Shown here: positions 38,879 to 49,023 of the stretch, piece after piece | How positions within the stretch are numbered: the first letter of the stretch is position 1 | How the letters are laid out: every line of letters starts with the position of its first letter | Assembly: GCA_000002435.2 (NCBI GenBank) | Contig: CM018789.1 | Strand: one strand, 5' to 3' | From: Giardia intestinalis | Lineage: Eukaryota | DNA: 64,000 nucleotides | Position numbers and translations under genes: made by a program | Notes under the pieces: model-generated | The model's database searches: none | Told to the model about the DNA's origin: nothing | What the model saw: the letters and a program-made list of their open reading frames with translations, nothing else

Positions 38879-40054
38879 ATGCAGACTGCTCCCTTCGATA
38901 TTGGCTCAGACTTCTCGAAAGAGCTTATGAAGAAGTACAAGCGGCTTTTGCGGGAAGAAACGCGCAGCCCAATTCACCAGCACCTTCTAGAAGATGATGC
39001 GGCACCTGACGGCATTCCGCGTCCTTCATCCAATAGTCGTCGCCCTTCAAATGACCTGACACAAGAACTACAAAGTTTTGTAACAAGCGAGGTTGGTGCT
39101 CAGCCAGTAGCTCGGGACGTGGAGCGTCTCGGAACACCTGTTCTCCAATTGAATAGCCCGCTTAGAGACCGTCCCAAGGTTTCTTTTAGTTCACTACACA
39201 CTGAAAAGAGATCAGAAAAACCAGACAATAGTCACAGAGTGGTTTTCGACAGAACAGAGCGAGACCTTGGCTCCCAAGCAGAGCTCTATCCGATGGAAAA
39301 CAGCACAACAGACATCCTTAAGGCAGAGCATGCTTCAATAGTCCGTGCACTGAAGCAGCGGGCACAAGAGCAAATCATGCAAGCCCACAAGGAGCGGGAC
39401 ATGGCAATTAACGAAGCTAGGGAATCAAGTTTAACATACATGCAAAAGATTGATCAATTAGAGTCGCTTCTCATGGCCAAGGACAATGCTATTAAGAATC
39501 TGCAGGGTGACATGGGTCAGCTCAAAGACCTTTACGACGCGCGGCAGCAGTCAATGATCGACAGACAGGTTGTTCTGGAGCAGGAAAATGCTCGTCTCAA
39601 AGATGAGGTACGTTCTCTTAATACTCGCGTTGATCAAATAAGGGACCACGAGCGAGCAACACTAGAGGAGAGGGTGAAACTGGCAACAGACGCCAATCTG
39701 GCCAGAGTGGAGAGCCTGGAGAACAAGTTGCGGTTAGCAGAGCGCACGATATCTTCTTTGGAGAGGGACAAGCTCGCGATACTCCAAGAGACAGCAAAAG
39801 ATGTGACAGAAATGAATAAGTGTCATGAGGAGCTCAAGGACCGCTACTCTGAACTCGTATTAGCATGTAAAAAGCTCAAGCAAAGAGTGGTCATTGCTAC
39901 CAGTGAACGGAATGCACTAAAAGAGGAAAACGAAGCACTGCTGGACGAGCTTTCTGGGCTGAGAGAACGGAACGAAAATCTCTCACGAGAACTTATCCGA
40001 GCAGACAGGCTTGTCTTTGGAAAACCGCGCAACTCATCTGGAGTGCGTATTTGA
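38879..40054 (+). CDS. Coiled-coil protein, hypothetical.
   Basis: ATG at 38879. Extended heptad helices (LESLLMAKDNAIKNLQGDMGQLKDLYD...KLRLAERTISSLERDKLAILQE). Confidence 0.6.
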   Translation: MQTAPFDIGSDFSKELMKKYKRLLREETRSPIHQHLLEDDAAPDGIPRPSSNSRRPSNDLTQELQSFVTSEVGAQPVARDVERLGTPVLQLNSPLRDRPKVSFSSLHTEKRSEKPDNSHRVVFDRTERDLGSQAELYPMENSTTDILKAEHASIVRALKQRAQEQIMQAHKERDMAINEARESSLTYMQKIDQLESLLMAKDNAIKNLQGDMGQLKDLYDARQQSMIDRQVVLEQENARLKDEVRSLNTRVDQIRDHERATLEERVKLATDANLARVESLENKLRLAERTISSLERDKLAILQETAKDVTEMNKCHEELKDRYSELVLACKKLKQRVVIATSERNALKEENEALLDELSGLRERNENLSRELIRADRLVFGKPRNSSGVRI

Positions 40055-40122
40055 CTTACTGTTGCTATCGCCAGGGGAAGTGAAATTCGTATTTTTTATT
40101 TCTCTCCCCTGAAGAGCTTTCT

Positions 40123-41832
40123 ATGAGCTATTCCCGCGCATTTGAGCGGACGATGCTGAAGCGTGAACTGGATGGGGAAAAGGGGCGGACAATTGCCCCT
40201 CCAAACGGGGCTCAGGGAGAGAGAAACAATTACATAGGCTTTCTGGAAGGCCAGCTCGACAAGATAGCAGCGACAAGCGAATTCACTAAGCTTCTCTCTG
40301 ATAAGATTGAAAACTTGCATACGACATTGACCATTCACGAGGAGAGGCTACTGAATCAGGCCCGACTATTGAACCTGACGCAAGAAGCCATAGATCAAGG
40401 GAATCAGCAGCACGGAAAGACTATAACCTTACTAAAGGACCAGCTCAGTATGCTGGACGCTCAATTGAAGAACTTGCAGGATCAGGTCTGCGCGACATCC
40501 TTGTCCATTGCAAAGTGTGCTTCAAACTCGGCTACGGCCCCCGTTCACGAGGGTGTTAGTGAAGAAACATATAAGGGAGTCCTAGCAAAAATGCATGAGA
40601 TTCAGGATGTGCAGAAGCAACACGCTAGACAGCTCAGCCTACTATGCGCTGAGAATGAGGATGGCCTCACCCTTGCGAAAGTCAAGGGTCAACTAGATTC
40701 ACTTGACACATATGTCCAGAAGTCCATTGCGGACTTGAAGGCGACAACTGTAAAGCCTTCCCAAATAGAAAGCACAGTTTTGGGAATGATTCCTGAGTTG
40801 AAAGCATCTATCCTCGCCGCATGTGAAGCAGAACTGACGAGCAAGCTCACACACGAGATTTCAGCCCAGATCTCGAAGTCTGCAAAATCCTTGACAGACA
40901 ATCTTCTGTTGGCAATCCTTCCTGAGGTGAAAACACACGTCAAAGATTCCATTAAGCACATACAAGCTGAAGTTCGGCAAGAAACGATGGCGCTAAGCTC
41001 CGCACTCAACAACTTGAACGAGGACATGAATCAGAACCGAAGGCGAGTGAGCTCTACGCAGGGAGAGGTTGAGACGCTGGTCACGGTCATGGAGGAAATT
41101 CGGAAGCAGATCCGTCTGATGGAGCGGGGAGAGATAACAGAGCGAGCGCGGGCAATTCTGCAGTCCAATTCACCTAGACGCACGGGAGAGTCATCCCCGC
41201 GGATACGACGGTCCACGACCGGCGAACCAGGCGAAGACTGTACACTTCGCAACGGAATCTGGACAGACCAAAAGCGCATTTACACAACTTTCCGTCCTCT
41301 AGATGATAGGCAATACGTACCGATTGCAGTGCCCACACGAGGCTCTCCCAGTCCACCCCGTGATCTAGCTAATCGGTTCGACCCAGAGAAAATGCAGAGG
41401 AGAATCAAGTATCTGCTCACAAACAGTCCACAAAGTCACGCTGGAGACCTGAGCATTGGATCTGCCTCTAGTTCTGACCATGAGTCTAATAGGCAACCCC
41501 AACACCAAAAGCGAGAGAGGAGTGGAGGAGAGGGGAATGGAGACCACACATCACATGATATTGCACGTAAAGTGTCCAGAAATGCACGCTCTTCGAGTGC
41601 AGACGGTAGCCTCAGAGAAGGTGTGGGCCTGAACGTAATGACCAAAGAGCTTCGTAACTCTGGTAAGCTGTATAGTTCTAGCTCAGCCGTGGATGGAGTT
41701 GGGAAGCGTGTGTCCACAGCCACGAGTGCTCACACAAAGGGGACATCTTCCAAGAGCCGAGGCTCGTGCGACGGTCAGAGGGTTTTCACTAAGTCATCAG
41801 CAGGACAGATAACCGCCAGGTCCAAGCGGTAA
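40123..41832 (+). CDS. Coiled-coil protein with a Ser-rich disordered C-terminus, hypothetical.
   Basis: ATG at 40123. The N-terminal 330 aa are helical (LKDQLSMLDAQLKNLQDQV...). The C-terminus is S/R/G-rich. Confidence 0.6.
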   Translation: MSYSRAFERTMLKRELDGEKGRTIAPPNGAQGERNNYIGFLEGQLDKIAATSEFTKLLSDKIENLHTTLTIHEERLLNQARLLNLTQEAIDQGNQQHGKTITLLKDQLSMLDAQLKNLQDQVCATSLSIAKCASNSATAPVHEGVSEETYKGVLAKMHEIQDVQKQHARQLSLLCAENEDGLTLAKVKGQLDSLDTYVQKSIADLKATTVKPSQIESTVLGMIPELKASILAACEAELTSKLTHEISAQISKSAKSLTDNLLLAILPEVKTHVKDSIKHIQAEVRQETMALSSALNNLNEDMNQNRRRVSSTQGEVETLVTVMEEIRKQIRLMERGEITERARAILQSNSPRRTGESSPRIRRSTTGEPGEDCTLRNGIWTDQKRIYTTFRPLDDRQYVPIAVPTRGSPSPPRDLANRFDPEKMQRRIKYLLTNSPQSHAGDLSIGSASSSDHESNRQPQHQKRERSGGEGNGDHTSHDIARKVSRNARSSSADGSLREGVGLNVMTKELRNSGKLYSSSSAVDGVGKRVSTATSAHTKGTSSKSRGSCDGQRVFTKSSAGQITARSKR

Positions 41833-41908
41833 TAGTATGTTGTGGCGCGATCTGTATCACTCCAGTAAAGACTTGGTTTGTAATTAAAAAACCCCGTTTC
41901 GCATTAGA

Positions 41909-42481
41909 ATGGGCAGCTCTAATCGCATCAGAAAGATGAAGCTTCGCCATATGGGGATAAAACGTACAGACGAACGCGTCCGCTTCCACCGAAAAGAGAA
42001 GCCCACTGAAGAGAAGGAGATAATGCGAAATGAAGAGCGAGTGTCTGCAGACCGCTTCTTTGAATATAACCCTAACCTAGGCCCGCCGTATCATGTGCTT
42101 GTTGACACATCTTTTCTAAATTACACAGTGAAGATGAAGCTCGACCTCGTCAATGCGATGATAGACTGCCTTTACGCCAAAGCAATTCCATATGTCACTG
42201 ATTGCGTTATACAGGAGCTTGAACGACATGGTCAGCGCTTTGGAATCGCCCTCAGGCTTGTCAAGGACCCGCGGGTCAAAAGGCTCAAGTGCGATCATGA
42301 CAACATAGGCTATGCAGACGACTGTCTCTACAACAGAGCCAAGGCAGCTCAGTGCTACATTGTGGCAACAAACGATGTGGAACTGAAACACAGGATCCGT
42401 AAGCTTCCGGGGATACCACTTATGAGCGTTCTTAGGGGTCGCTATGGTATAGAGCGGTTGGCAGACGCTGCCATAGCGTAG
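41909..42481 (+). CDS. FCF1: rRNA-processing protein Fcf1/UTP24 (PIN domain).
   Basis: Near-colinear match to Fcf1: PPYHVLVDTSFLNYTVKMKLDLVNAMIDCLYAKAIPYVTDCVIQELERHGQRFGIALRLVKDPRVKRLKCDH..YADDCL..YIVATND.ELK.RIRK.PG.P.M, compared with [76 protein letters not shown]....YIVATNDRDLKRRIRKIPGVPIM. Confidence 0.9.
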   Translation: MGSSNRIRKMKLRHMGIKRTDERVRFHRKEKPTEEKEIMRNEERVSADRFFEYNPNLGPPYHVLVDTSFLNYTVKMKLDLVNAMIDCLYAKAIPYVTDCVIQELERHGQRFGIALRLVKDPRVKRLKCDHDNIGYADDCLYNRAKAAQCYIVATNDVELKHRIRKLPGIPLMSVLRGRYGIERLADAAIA

Positions 42482-42500
42482 TTACGTAGTTACGTAGTCA
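42477..42500. repeat. Three tandem copies of the 8-bp unit gtagttac, overlapping the Fcf1 stop codon.
   Basis: The sequence is gtagttacgtagttacgtagtcac. Confidence 0.8.
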
Positions 42501-42588
42501 CATCGCTCGTGGATTTTAGTATCTAATGTGTATATGCTAAGGGTCCGTGCTGGCGGCGATCTGCACCCTTCTATCACGGCCACTGAGA

Positions 42589-42610
42589 ATGTGCTAAAAT
42601 GTGCTAAATA
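42589..42610. repeat. Two tandem copies of the 10-bp unit (a)atgtgctaaa, upstream of the WD40 gene.
   Basis: The sequence is atgtgctaaaatgtgctaaata. Confidence 0.6.
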
Positions 42611-42661
42611 GACACTTTGAGACGCTTTTTTGTGTAAATTTTGATAATTTATCAGAAGGAT

Positions 42662-45025
42662 ATGGGTTCAAATTCAGAATTATCCATGACGCTGAACTTC
42701 GAGGATCTGGAGGGCGTGCCCGACATGAGCTATGTTTCTTTTATAGGCTTCTCCGGACACCTAATGAGGGGTCTGTTCTTAATGCCCGATGGCGAGGAAT
42801 TTATCTACGCTGCAGGGAGTCACGTTGTCTTTAACAAAATACAAGAAAAGCAGGCCGTATCTTGCGGCAACACTAAGACCAACGCCCCCACAACTCGTCG
42901 CACGGGAGGCGGCTACGTGGCACCTCGGGCACGCGCACTTGGAGGCCACACCAACGACTATCTTGGGACAACCGTCGAGGGGTCTACCGGGTACATACCA
43001 AACAAAAAGCATGGACCCCCAGTGGGCGCATCCGGGTCTTCTGCGGCAGGTGGAGCTTCCTACCGAGATGTACAGGTAACAGACACAAACGCCATTCTTC
43101 CTGGCAATTTTGTCCGTCCCATTCTAGTAGCAGGACATACACAAAACATTTCATGCATGGCACTCGCCAATTCGGGAAAGTATCTTATCACCGGCACAGT
43201 CACCAATTACGGGTTTTCGCCAGAGATCATAGTCTGGGATACCAGCACCCGTAAGGCGCTCACACTGATAACCCAGCACAAGTCCTCAATCATAGATATT
43301 GCCATCTCCATGGATGAGACGTGGTTCATCACCATCGGGGAGGACAACTGGATTATTGCACACTCTTTGGATGAGGCCTGTGGGTATGAGCAGTTCAAGG
43401 CATTTGCTGGTCGCCGTATTCAAGCTAATAGACCTCCCACAACACTCATTGTTCTTTCTAGCAATGTCATAGTAGCTGGCGGCGAGGACTTTCTCTGCTT
43501 CTACGAATTGGACATACAGGGTCGTGTGTTTAGGGAGAACCCTGTACGCCTACCCCTGCGCCGGAAGATAAACTGCTTTAGAGAGGTTGACTCGCTTCTC
43601 TATGCGGGCACAGAATCCGGTGATGTCATAAAGATAGACCCGGTCCGACAGGTTGCAATGCAGGTTGTCCCGTCCAAGAAGCCATTTCCGGGAGCGATCA
43701 CCAGTATTGTGCCGAACGACAACGGGAATCTCCTCGTGGCCACCAGTGCATCTAAGGTCTATTTGGTTAGAGCTGACACCATGGTGCCGGTTTCTGTCAA
43801 CGACCTTCCGGCTGACACTCAGTTGGTGAGCTCAAGTGCGGCATTTACAAGCGCAGCTACGTCTGCTGTTTCTAGTGCCAAGACCGCCGCTGTAGCTGCT
43901 GCAGCATCGGACAAGGAATCGGCTATGGGAAACGGTCACTTGGCCGTTGTCAATGCGATAGCCAATGGCATAGCTTCATTGGCGGTGGCGTCTTCAGGTG
44001 CCTCAGAGTATGCCCTTGCCTACGGCCCCAACTGTTTCTGTAGAATAAATAAGGTTAGCCTAGAATCTCGGCTACTACAGACTGCTCCCCCTGCCATTAC
44101 TACGCCACTCGGCACCGGATGTGTTGCTTTCCCGTATGACTGTGCACGCATCTGTGTGTCTGCGTGTGGTAGCTTCGTCTCTGTCTGGTCTCTCATCACA
44201 GGGCGAGAACTAGTTAGAATTTCTGTTCCAGGTGTGCGTGCTCTATCTGTGCTCATCTCGGAGGATGGATGTCAAATTATTTCTGGATGGTCGGATGGGG
44301 CAGTTCGATCTCATGCACCACAAAGCGGAAAGTCCTTATGGATAGCTGAGCAGGCTCACGATAACGGTGTTACTGCCTTGTCTCAATGCAGAGGAGGCGC
44401 GTATTTGGTTACTGGTGGCGGTGATGGCCGTCTGTGTCTCTGGGAAATTAGGGACTCATTCCAGCGCCTGGTACAAGTTCAGAAAGGCCACAAAGGAGCT
44501 ATTACCTCCATAAATGTCAAGGTATTGGATAATGGAGACGAGGAAATGGTGAGTACTTGTTCAAGTGGGATGATACAGCTATTCCGCTTTACACATGGCC
44601 AGCTCTTCAACAAGCAAGATGCATTGCAGCACGAACCTGTCAAAATAGAACTCTCGTGGGCAAGCCGCTCGGAGGGAGGGTTGGCTGGCGCTTGGGAACT
44701 TTCAGATGGGTCGCAGGTCTTTTGTTGTGGATCCTCTGGAATGTTGTGGCTACAATGTGGTCGCGCAAATGGCAGTATTCTCAGAGCGCTGCCTCTCCCT
44801 ATACCAGCCACGGCGTGCTACCTCTACGAAAGAAAAGATATAACGAAGATTTTAGTGGGTCTCCGCAACGGCCAGATCTTGCTGATTGACTACGACAGTG
44901 CTGAGATTGAAAAGAAAATCCACGTGCTCTTCGGCGAGGTCAAGTGTATAACTATGTCCAATGAAGATAACCTTGCTCTGGCTTCTGGAAACGATGGGAA
45001 CATCGTTGCCTTCTGCCCCTTTTAG
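42662..45025 (+). CDS. WD40-repeat protein.
   Basis: Multiple WD-like blades (LITGTVTNYGFSPEIIVWD, LVTGGGDGRLCLWEI, IISGWSDGAVRSH, LASGNDGNIVAF). The track start is TTG. The first ATG is at 42662, behind an AT-rich initiator (aattttgataatttatcagaaggatATG). Confidence 0.7.
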   Translation: MGSNSELSMTLNFEDLEGVPDMSYVSFIGFSGHLMRGLFLMPDGEEFIYAAGSHVVFNKIQEKQAVSCGNTKTNAPTTRRTGGGYVAPRARALGGHTNDYLGTTVEGSTGYIPNKKHGPPVGASGSSAAGGASYRDVQVTDTNAILPGNFVRPILVAGHTQNISCMALANSGKYLITGTVTNYGFSPEIIVWDTSTRKALTLITQHKSSIIDIAISMDETWFITIGEDNWIIAHSLDEACGYEQFKAFAGRRIQANRPPTTLIVLSSNVIVAGGEDFLCFYELDIQGRVFRENPVRLPLRRKINCFREVDSLLYAGTESGDVIKIDPVRQVAMQVVPSKKPFPGAITSIVPNDNGNLLVATSASKVYLVRADTMVPVSVNDLPADTQLVSSSAAFTSAATSAVSSAKTAAVAAAASDKESAMGNGHLAVVNAIANGIASLAVASSGASEYALAYGPNCFCRINKVSLESRLLQTAPPAITTPLGTGCVAFPYDCARICVSACGSFVSVWSLITGRELVRISVPGVRALSVLISEDGCQIISGWSDGAVRSHAPQSGKSLWIAEQAHDNGVTALSQCRGGAYLVTGGGDGRLCLWEIRDSFQRLVQVQKGHKGAITSINVKVLDNGDEEMVSTCSSGMIQLFRFTHGQLFNKQDALQHEPVKIELSWASRSEGGLAGAWELSDGSQVFCCGSSGMLWLQCGRANGSILRALPLPIPATACYLYERKDITKILVGLRNGQILLIDYDSAEIEKKIHVLFGEVKCITMSNEDNLALASGNDGNIVAFCPF

Positions 45026-45030
45026 CAAGC

Positions 45031-48000
45031 TCATGTTCTGTTTTGTGAACTGGATGTAAAGGACAGGTACCGAGACAGTATGTAGTTTGCGCTTTCTATT
45101 GATCCTGTGGTCAAGTAAATAAGGACAAGTGCATGGGCTGCGGTCTGTACTATGGATTGTTCGTCGTCCGGTGTATATGACTGTCGTGGAGGAGGCCGCT
45201 GTGTCATGTGCTGTTCAAAGAGGAATTTCGTATTGGGGGCAACACTATCAGTGACATCTAAGAGGGAGTTTGAAGATGCTCGGGGGAGAATTAATAGGTG
45301 TAGTGGCCGGTCAAAGAAATTGCTGGAGAGTGAGGGGCCGTATTTGGATCGAAGGATCTTCTGAAGGATAAGCTCTGCTATGTCGAGTCTATGGCAATAG
45401 TACATGAGAGCCAGAGCAACCGCAAGGTGAGTCAGCTTTAGGTTCTGTCCGGAACATATGGTAAAGAGCTGGAGATAACGGAGACCCATCGCAATATGCT
45501 GTGTCTTGGTGTGGATCCTCTTGTTCCCACTAGTTTGCAAATAGGCAACTCCCAGAGTGTAGCACACTGAGGCCTGTATTGATCGCTTTATCATCTCTCG
45601 CTGTTCAAAAGGGCGATTGGTAAATCGCATCTCATCCTGCTCAAGTGCCCGAAGGATGTCGTCACTGAAGCATAAGGGGCAGAGCTTTTCATAGATGGTA
45701 ATGGCCTCTTTAAAATAAGATGATTGGAAGAATGTGGCGGCCATTGCAAACGTTGCTGGAACGGAGTCAGGATACTTCCTAAGGATGCGCTTAAGAAACT
45801 TTCCAATTGGAAGGCTGGGTTCTGTCTGCTGATATTGCCGTATCAGGATAGTGTAGTCTTGCATATTATATGGGCTAGACAGACACCGGCCTCGCTGATA
45901 TGAATACTGCATGGAAACTATTCCTGTCTTATGGATGAGATCCTTGGCAAGAAGGTGCATATAATCCAGGTGTTTCGAATGGGCCACCATGCCACCAACC
46001 TTCGGACTCCGCTCTGTAATGAAGAAGAGAAGGGACAAAAGAGTACTGCTTCTGCACGAAATGCCTTGATAGGTTCCTTCGGCCTCAACAATCTTCCCTA
46101 TAATCTGCTGCAATTCTATCAAGAATAAATAAAAATCAATGCGGGAGACAACCTCCCCTGACACAAGGTGTGAATGCATCTTCTCGTCAGACAATCCCCT
46201 GAGGAGCAAATCTAGCTCCCAGCGACAGCTCTCTATGTCCTCGGGCAAGCTCAACAATATGGAGTTCCGAAAAATATGTAACGGATGGGCTGAGAAGAAC
46301 TGATCGGCGATCTTTTGAAACTTGGTCGCAAAACTGTGCTTACTATTAAATTTGTAATTATTACGCAAACTAGAAAAAAGTTTGTATGCGTAGCGAGGGC
46401 GTGGATAGTTGGCTGGTAGCAGATAGGCATCTGTAAAAATAAGGCCAAAGCCAACGAAAAATGCGGTACATGCAAGCAATTCTAAGCCTCCAAATCCTTG
46501 ATCTGGATAATGCTTTCTCAGAAAAGCTTCGATTGACAACTTCGCCTTAGACCCTGATTTGGCGCTTCGTAAAGCGACATAACTAGAGAAGAGCGAGAAG
46601 AGTGCATATAGCTGCAAGTTTGTAGAAGAGTACGCCTCCACAATACCGATTGTGTCTTGTTCAAACTCAATCCATTCTCGCAGCACTAAATCTTTTCGAA
46701 GGGGTATTGTTAGATGCTCAGTAAACGCAATTCCATAATCTTCAGGATATGATATTAGAGGAACTTCTAATGTAACCGTCGGAGGAGCGTCATCTATATC
46801 AATTGCTTCTGAAAGCGCGGGTCTTGGATGGACAATGTCTAATATCATTTTCAAGTTCCGGGTGATCTCCAGTTCGCTTGCTGATTCAGCATCTGCGGTT
46901 TGTGCTGTCAAAAGAGCAGCATATCCATCTGTTTGCTGTGCGTAAAGAAATCGTGCCAGCTCCTTACGAGGACCGACACCCTTGTAATACTTAAACGCCA
47001 TGCCAAGCTGCTTGGCTACTTCGGCTTTCTGGACCCCTTGAAGGGCTTGAATTCTTGAGCTCACTATGAATAGACGGGAGATTGATCGCTTATGAAGTGG
47101 AGACGGTGTTTCCTGTGCCAAGAGCAGGTTAAGGTAAGACGTGGTCATGTCTGGCACCAGCTTTAAAAAGTTGAGGTCAAGTTGCTCAGCAAGCTTGTCA
47201 AGCGACATTTGTATTGCGGGGTCTAGAGCAGTGCCCCCATTAGACACAGGCTCATGAATTCGTGAGCCCGATCGGCTGAATAACTTCTTTGGGATACGGG
47301 TGTCTGCGTCTATGTTGACAATAAGATCGTTGATAAGTGCCATATTCCGTGTTTTTGTCAACCAAATGGCATCTGCTAGTCCTTCTAGTAAAAAGGTTGA
47401 GACATCTTCAAGCTCTTCGTCATATTGTGGGTGATATGCATGAGTGTAAAAGGTGCTTAAGACATTCTTAATGTGGAGAATAGATACCTTAGTCATCTGC
47501 CGCACCAGCATCGTATTCAGACCAGTACCAACACTGACGTTGCTGTTGTCATCGAGACAGGCGTTGGCATTACCGCTCGAAGCCTTCAAAGCCGAGATAA
47601 CACTTTGCAAAGTGATAATGATATCAACTGCTGCCTTGTGCAGTGAAAACAGACAAATATATCTCTTGTACTCTGCCCGCTCCTGTCCTCTCTTACTTCC
47701 AACACTTTTCAGAGCGAATTCTAAAAGAGTATTGAGTAGTTCAATAATACTTTCATAGCGTTTTGTTTTGTAAAGCAACTTCAACAGACGATTGATAATC
47801 CCTGGAAGAAGACCACTGACCTCTAACATACGCACTTGCTGGCCGATGAGAAACGCGATCTGCTCACTAGCACAACGCATCTTGTGCACATTACCCACCT
47901 TTAGGTCGTTAATTTTGTCTATAAACTGGAGAGTATGATTCTCAACATACGGTGCGTGCATAAGGTGGGTGCAAACCTTTCTATTAAAGCTCAAAAGGAC

Positions 48001-48984
48001 CCCGCGGTCGCGTGCAGTAACGTCTCCATGATTTTCCAGCATAAAGCGATTGAAAATATTACACATGTCTCGCTCAAAAACAAGAAGCTGTGAGTCTCTC
48101 TCAAATATGTTATTACAATACATATCATCGAGCCCAGCTATGAAAAGAGGCAGAAGTCGGTGAAGACAGTATAAAGCCTTAGGCAATCTTCTAACCTTTA
48201 AATAATCGGTGATCAACACGAGAAACTTCTCTGCTTTTGGCTGAAGAATGGCAGCGGCAAGTTGAAACTCCAGAGAAGCAATAAGGAGAGTACTTTCTGC
48301 AAGAGATTGTGGCTTATTATACACTCGCAACACTTTTGCTAATTTAACGTGCTTTAAGAATAGCTGCTCACGGATAATCGTTTCGTAGAATGATGCAAGC
48401 ATCTCAAAGGCGTGGTATGCACGGGCGTCATCTGCAATGCATTGCTTAAGCAGGTTTATGGATTCAACGTAGTCCTTCTCTTGAAAAGCCTGCATAGCGA
48501 GAGACACACTATTCCGGGTGCTTTCTTTTACGATCCTAGTGGGTTTCTCTTGCTGAATAATGGTGTGGAGAAGGGCCAGCGAGGGATACTCTCGAAGCAA
48601 GGCCATCTCCGTGTCAGTCTGCTGAAAGAGAACCTCGTCTGTGAAGGCAAGCTCCCCCTGCTCATCTGATTGCTGCTCCGTCTGCTCTTCATCAAGCAGC
48701 TCTTTATCAAATCTCTTAGCCCTAGAAGATTTAGCTGTCCCATTAGTTGATACGGTTCGGGCAGACACCTTCTGCTCTCGTGGCGAGGCGAGGCCGTCAG
48801 TACTAATATCAGTTGGAGCATCGCTTGGTGTACTGAAGGACTCTTCGTGTGAGGACTTAAAGCTTTCTGCATAGGTATCCGACGAGCTTGGATAGTAGTC
48901 TTCGTCTATGTTCTTGCGCTTTGGTTGTCTCTGGGGCCGAGAGATGAACCCAGTGACGTAGCGGGCGTCTGGATGATCCTGCAT
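45031..48984 (-). CDS. Large TPR-like helical protein with an acidic N-terminus. It may be a TFIIIC TPR subunit (TFC4/GTF3C3-like).
   Basis: N-terminal acidic tract (DEEQTEQQSDEQGE), then YVESINLLKQCIADDARAYHAFEMLASFYETIIREQLFLKHVKLA, which resembles the first TPRs of TFC4/GTF3C3 (..DPYHTLA.IYEE.G...KAL.F.LLAAHL). The track start is TTG. The ATG is at 48984, behind an AT-rich initiator. Confidence 0.4.
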   Translation of the reverse strand: MQDHPDARYVTGFISRPQRQPKRKNIDEDYYPSSSDTYAESFKSSHEESFSTPSDAPTDISTDGLASPREQKVSARTVSTNGTAKSSRAKRFDKELLDEEQTEQQSDEQGELAFTDEVLFQQTDTEMALLREYPSLALLHTIIQQEKPTRIVKESTRNSVSLAMQAFQEKDYVESINLLKQCIADDARAYHAFEMLASFYETIIREQLFLKHVKLAKVLRVYNKPQSLAESTLLIASLEFQLAAAILQPKAEKFLVLITDYLKVRRLPKALYCLHRLLPLFIAGLDDMYCNNIFERDSQLLVFERDMCNIFNRFMLENHGDVTARDRGVLLSFNRKVCTHLMHAPYVENHTLQFIDKINDLKVGNVHKMRCASEQIAFLIGQQVRMLEVSGLLPGIINRLLKLLYKTKRYESIIELLNTLLEFALKSVGSKRGQERAEYKRYICLFSLHKAAVDIIITLQSVISALKASSGNANACLDDNSNVSVGTGLNTMLVRQMTKVSILHIKNVLSTFYTHAYHPQYDEELEDVSTFLLEGLADAIWLTKTRNMALINDLIVNIDADTRIPKKLFSRSGSRIHEPVSNGGTALDPAIQMSLDKLAEQLDLNFLKLVPDMTTSYLNLLLAQETPSPLHKRSISRLFIVSSRIQALQGVQKAEVAKQLGMAFKYYKGVGPRKELARFLYAQQTDGYAALLTAQTADAESASELEITRNLKMILDIVHPRPALSEAIDIDDAPPTVTLEVPLISYPEDYGIAFTEHLTIPLRKDLVLREWIEFEQDTIGIVEAYSSTNLQLYALFSLFSSYVALRSAKSGSKAKLSIEAFLRKHYPDQGFGGLELLACTAFFVGFGLIFTDAYLLPANYPRPRYAYKLFSSLRNNYKFNSKHSFATKFQKIADQFFSAHPLHIFRNSILLSLPEDIESCRWELDLLLRGLSDEKMHSHLVSGEVVSRIDFYLFLIELQQIIGKIVEAEGTYQGISCRSSTLLSLLFFITERSPKVGGMVAHSKHLDYMHLLAKDLIHKTGIVSMQYSYQRGRCLSSPYNMQDYTILIRQYQQTEPSLPIGKFLKRILRKYPDSVPATFAMAATFFQSSYFKEAITIYEKLCPLCFSDDILRALEQDEMRFTNRPFEQREMIKRSIQASVCYTLGVAYLQTSGNKRIHTKTQHIAMGLRYLQLFTICSGQNLKLTHLAVALALMYYCHRLDIAELILQKILRSKYGPSLSSNFFDRPLHLLILPRASSNSLLDVTDSVAPNTKFLFEQHMTQRPPPRQSYTPDDEQSIVQTAAHALVLIYLTTGSIESANYILSRYLSFTSSSQNRT

Positions 48985-49023
48985 TGAAGGCAAGACCGAA
49001 AGCCAAAAACTAAAAAGAAGGCC
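48985..49023. promoter_or_regulatory. A 39-bp AT-rich bidirectional initiator region.
   Basis: tgaaggcaagaccgaaagccaaaaactaaaaagaaggcc sits between divergent ATGs at 48984 (-) and 49024 (+). Confidence 0.5.
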
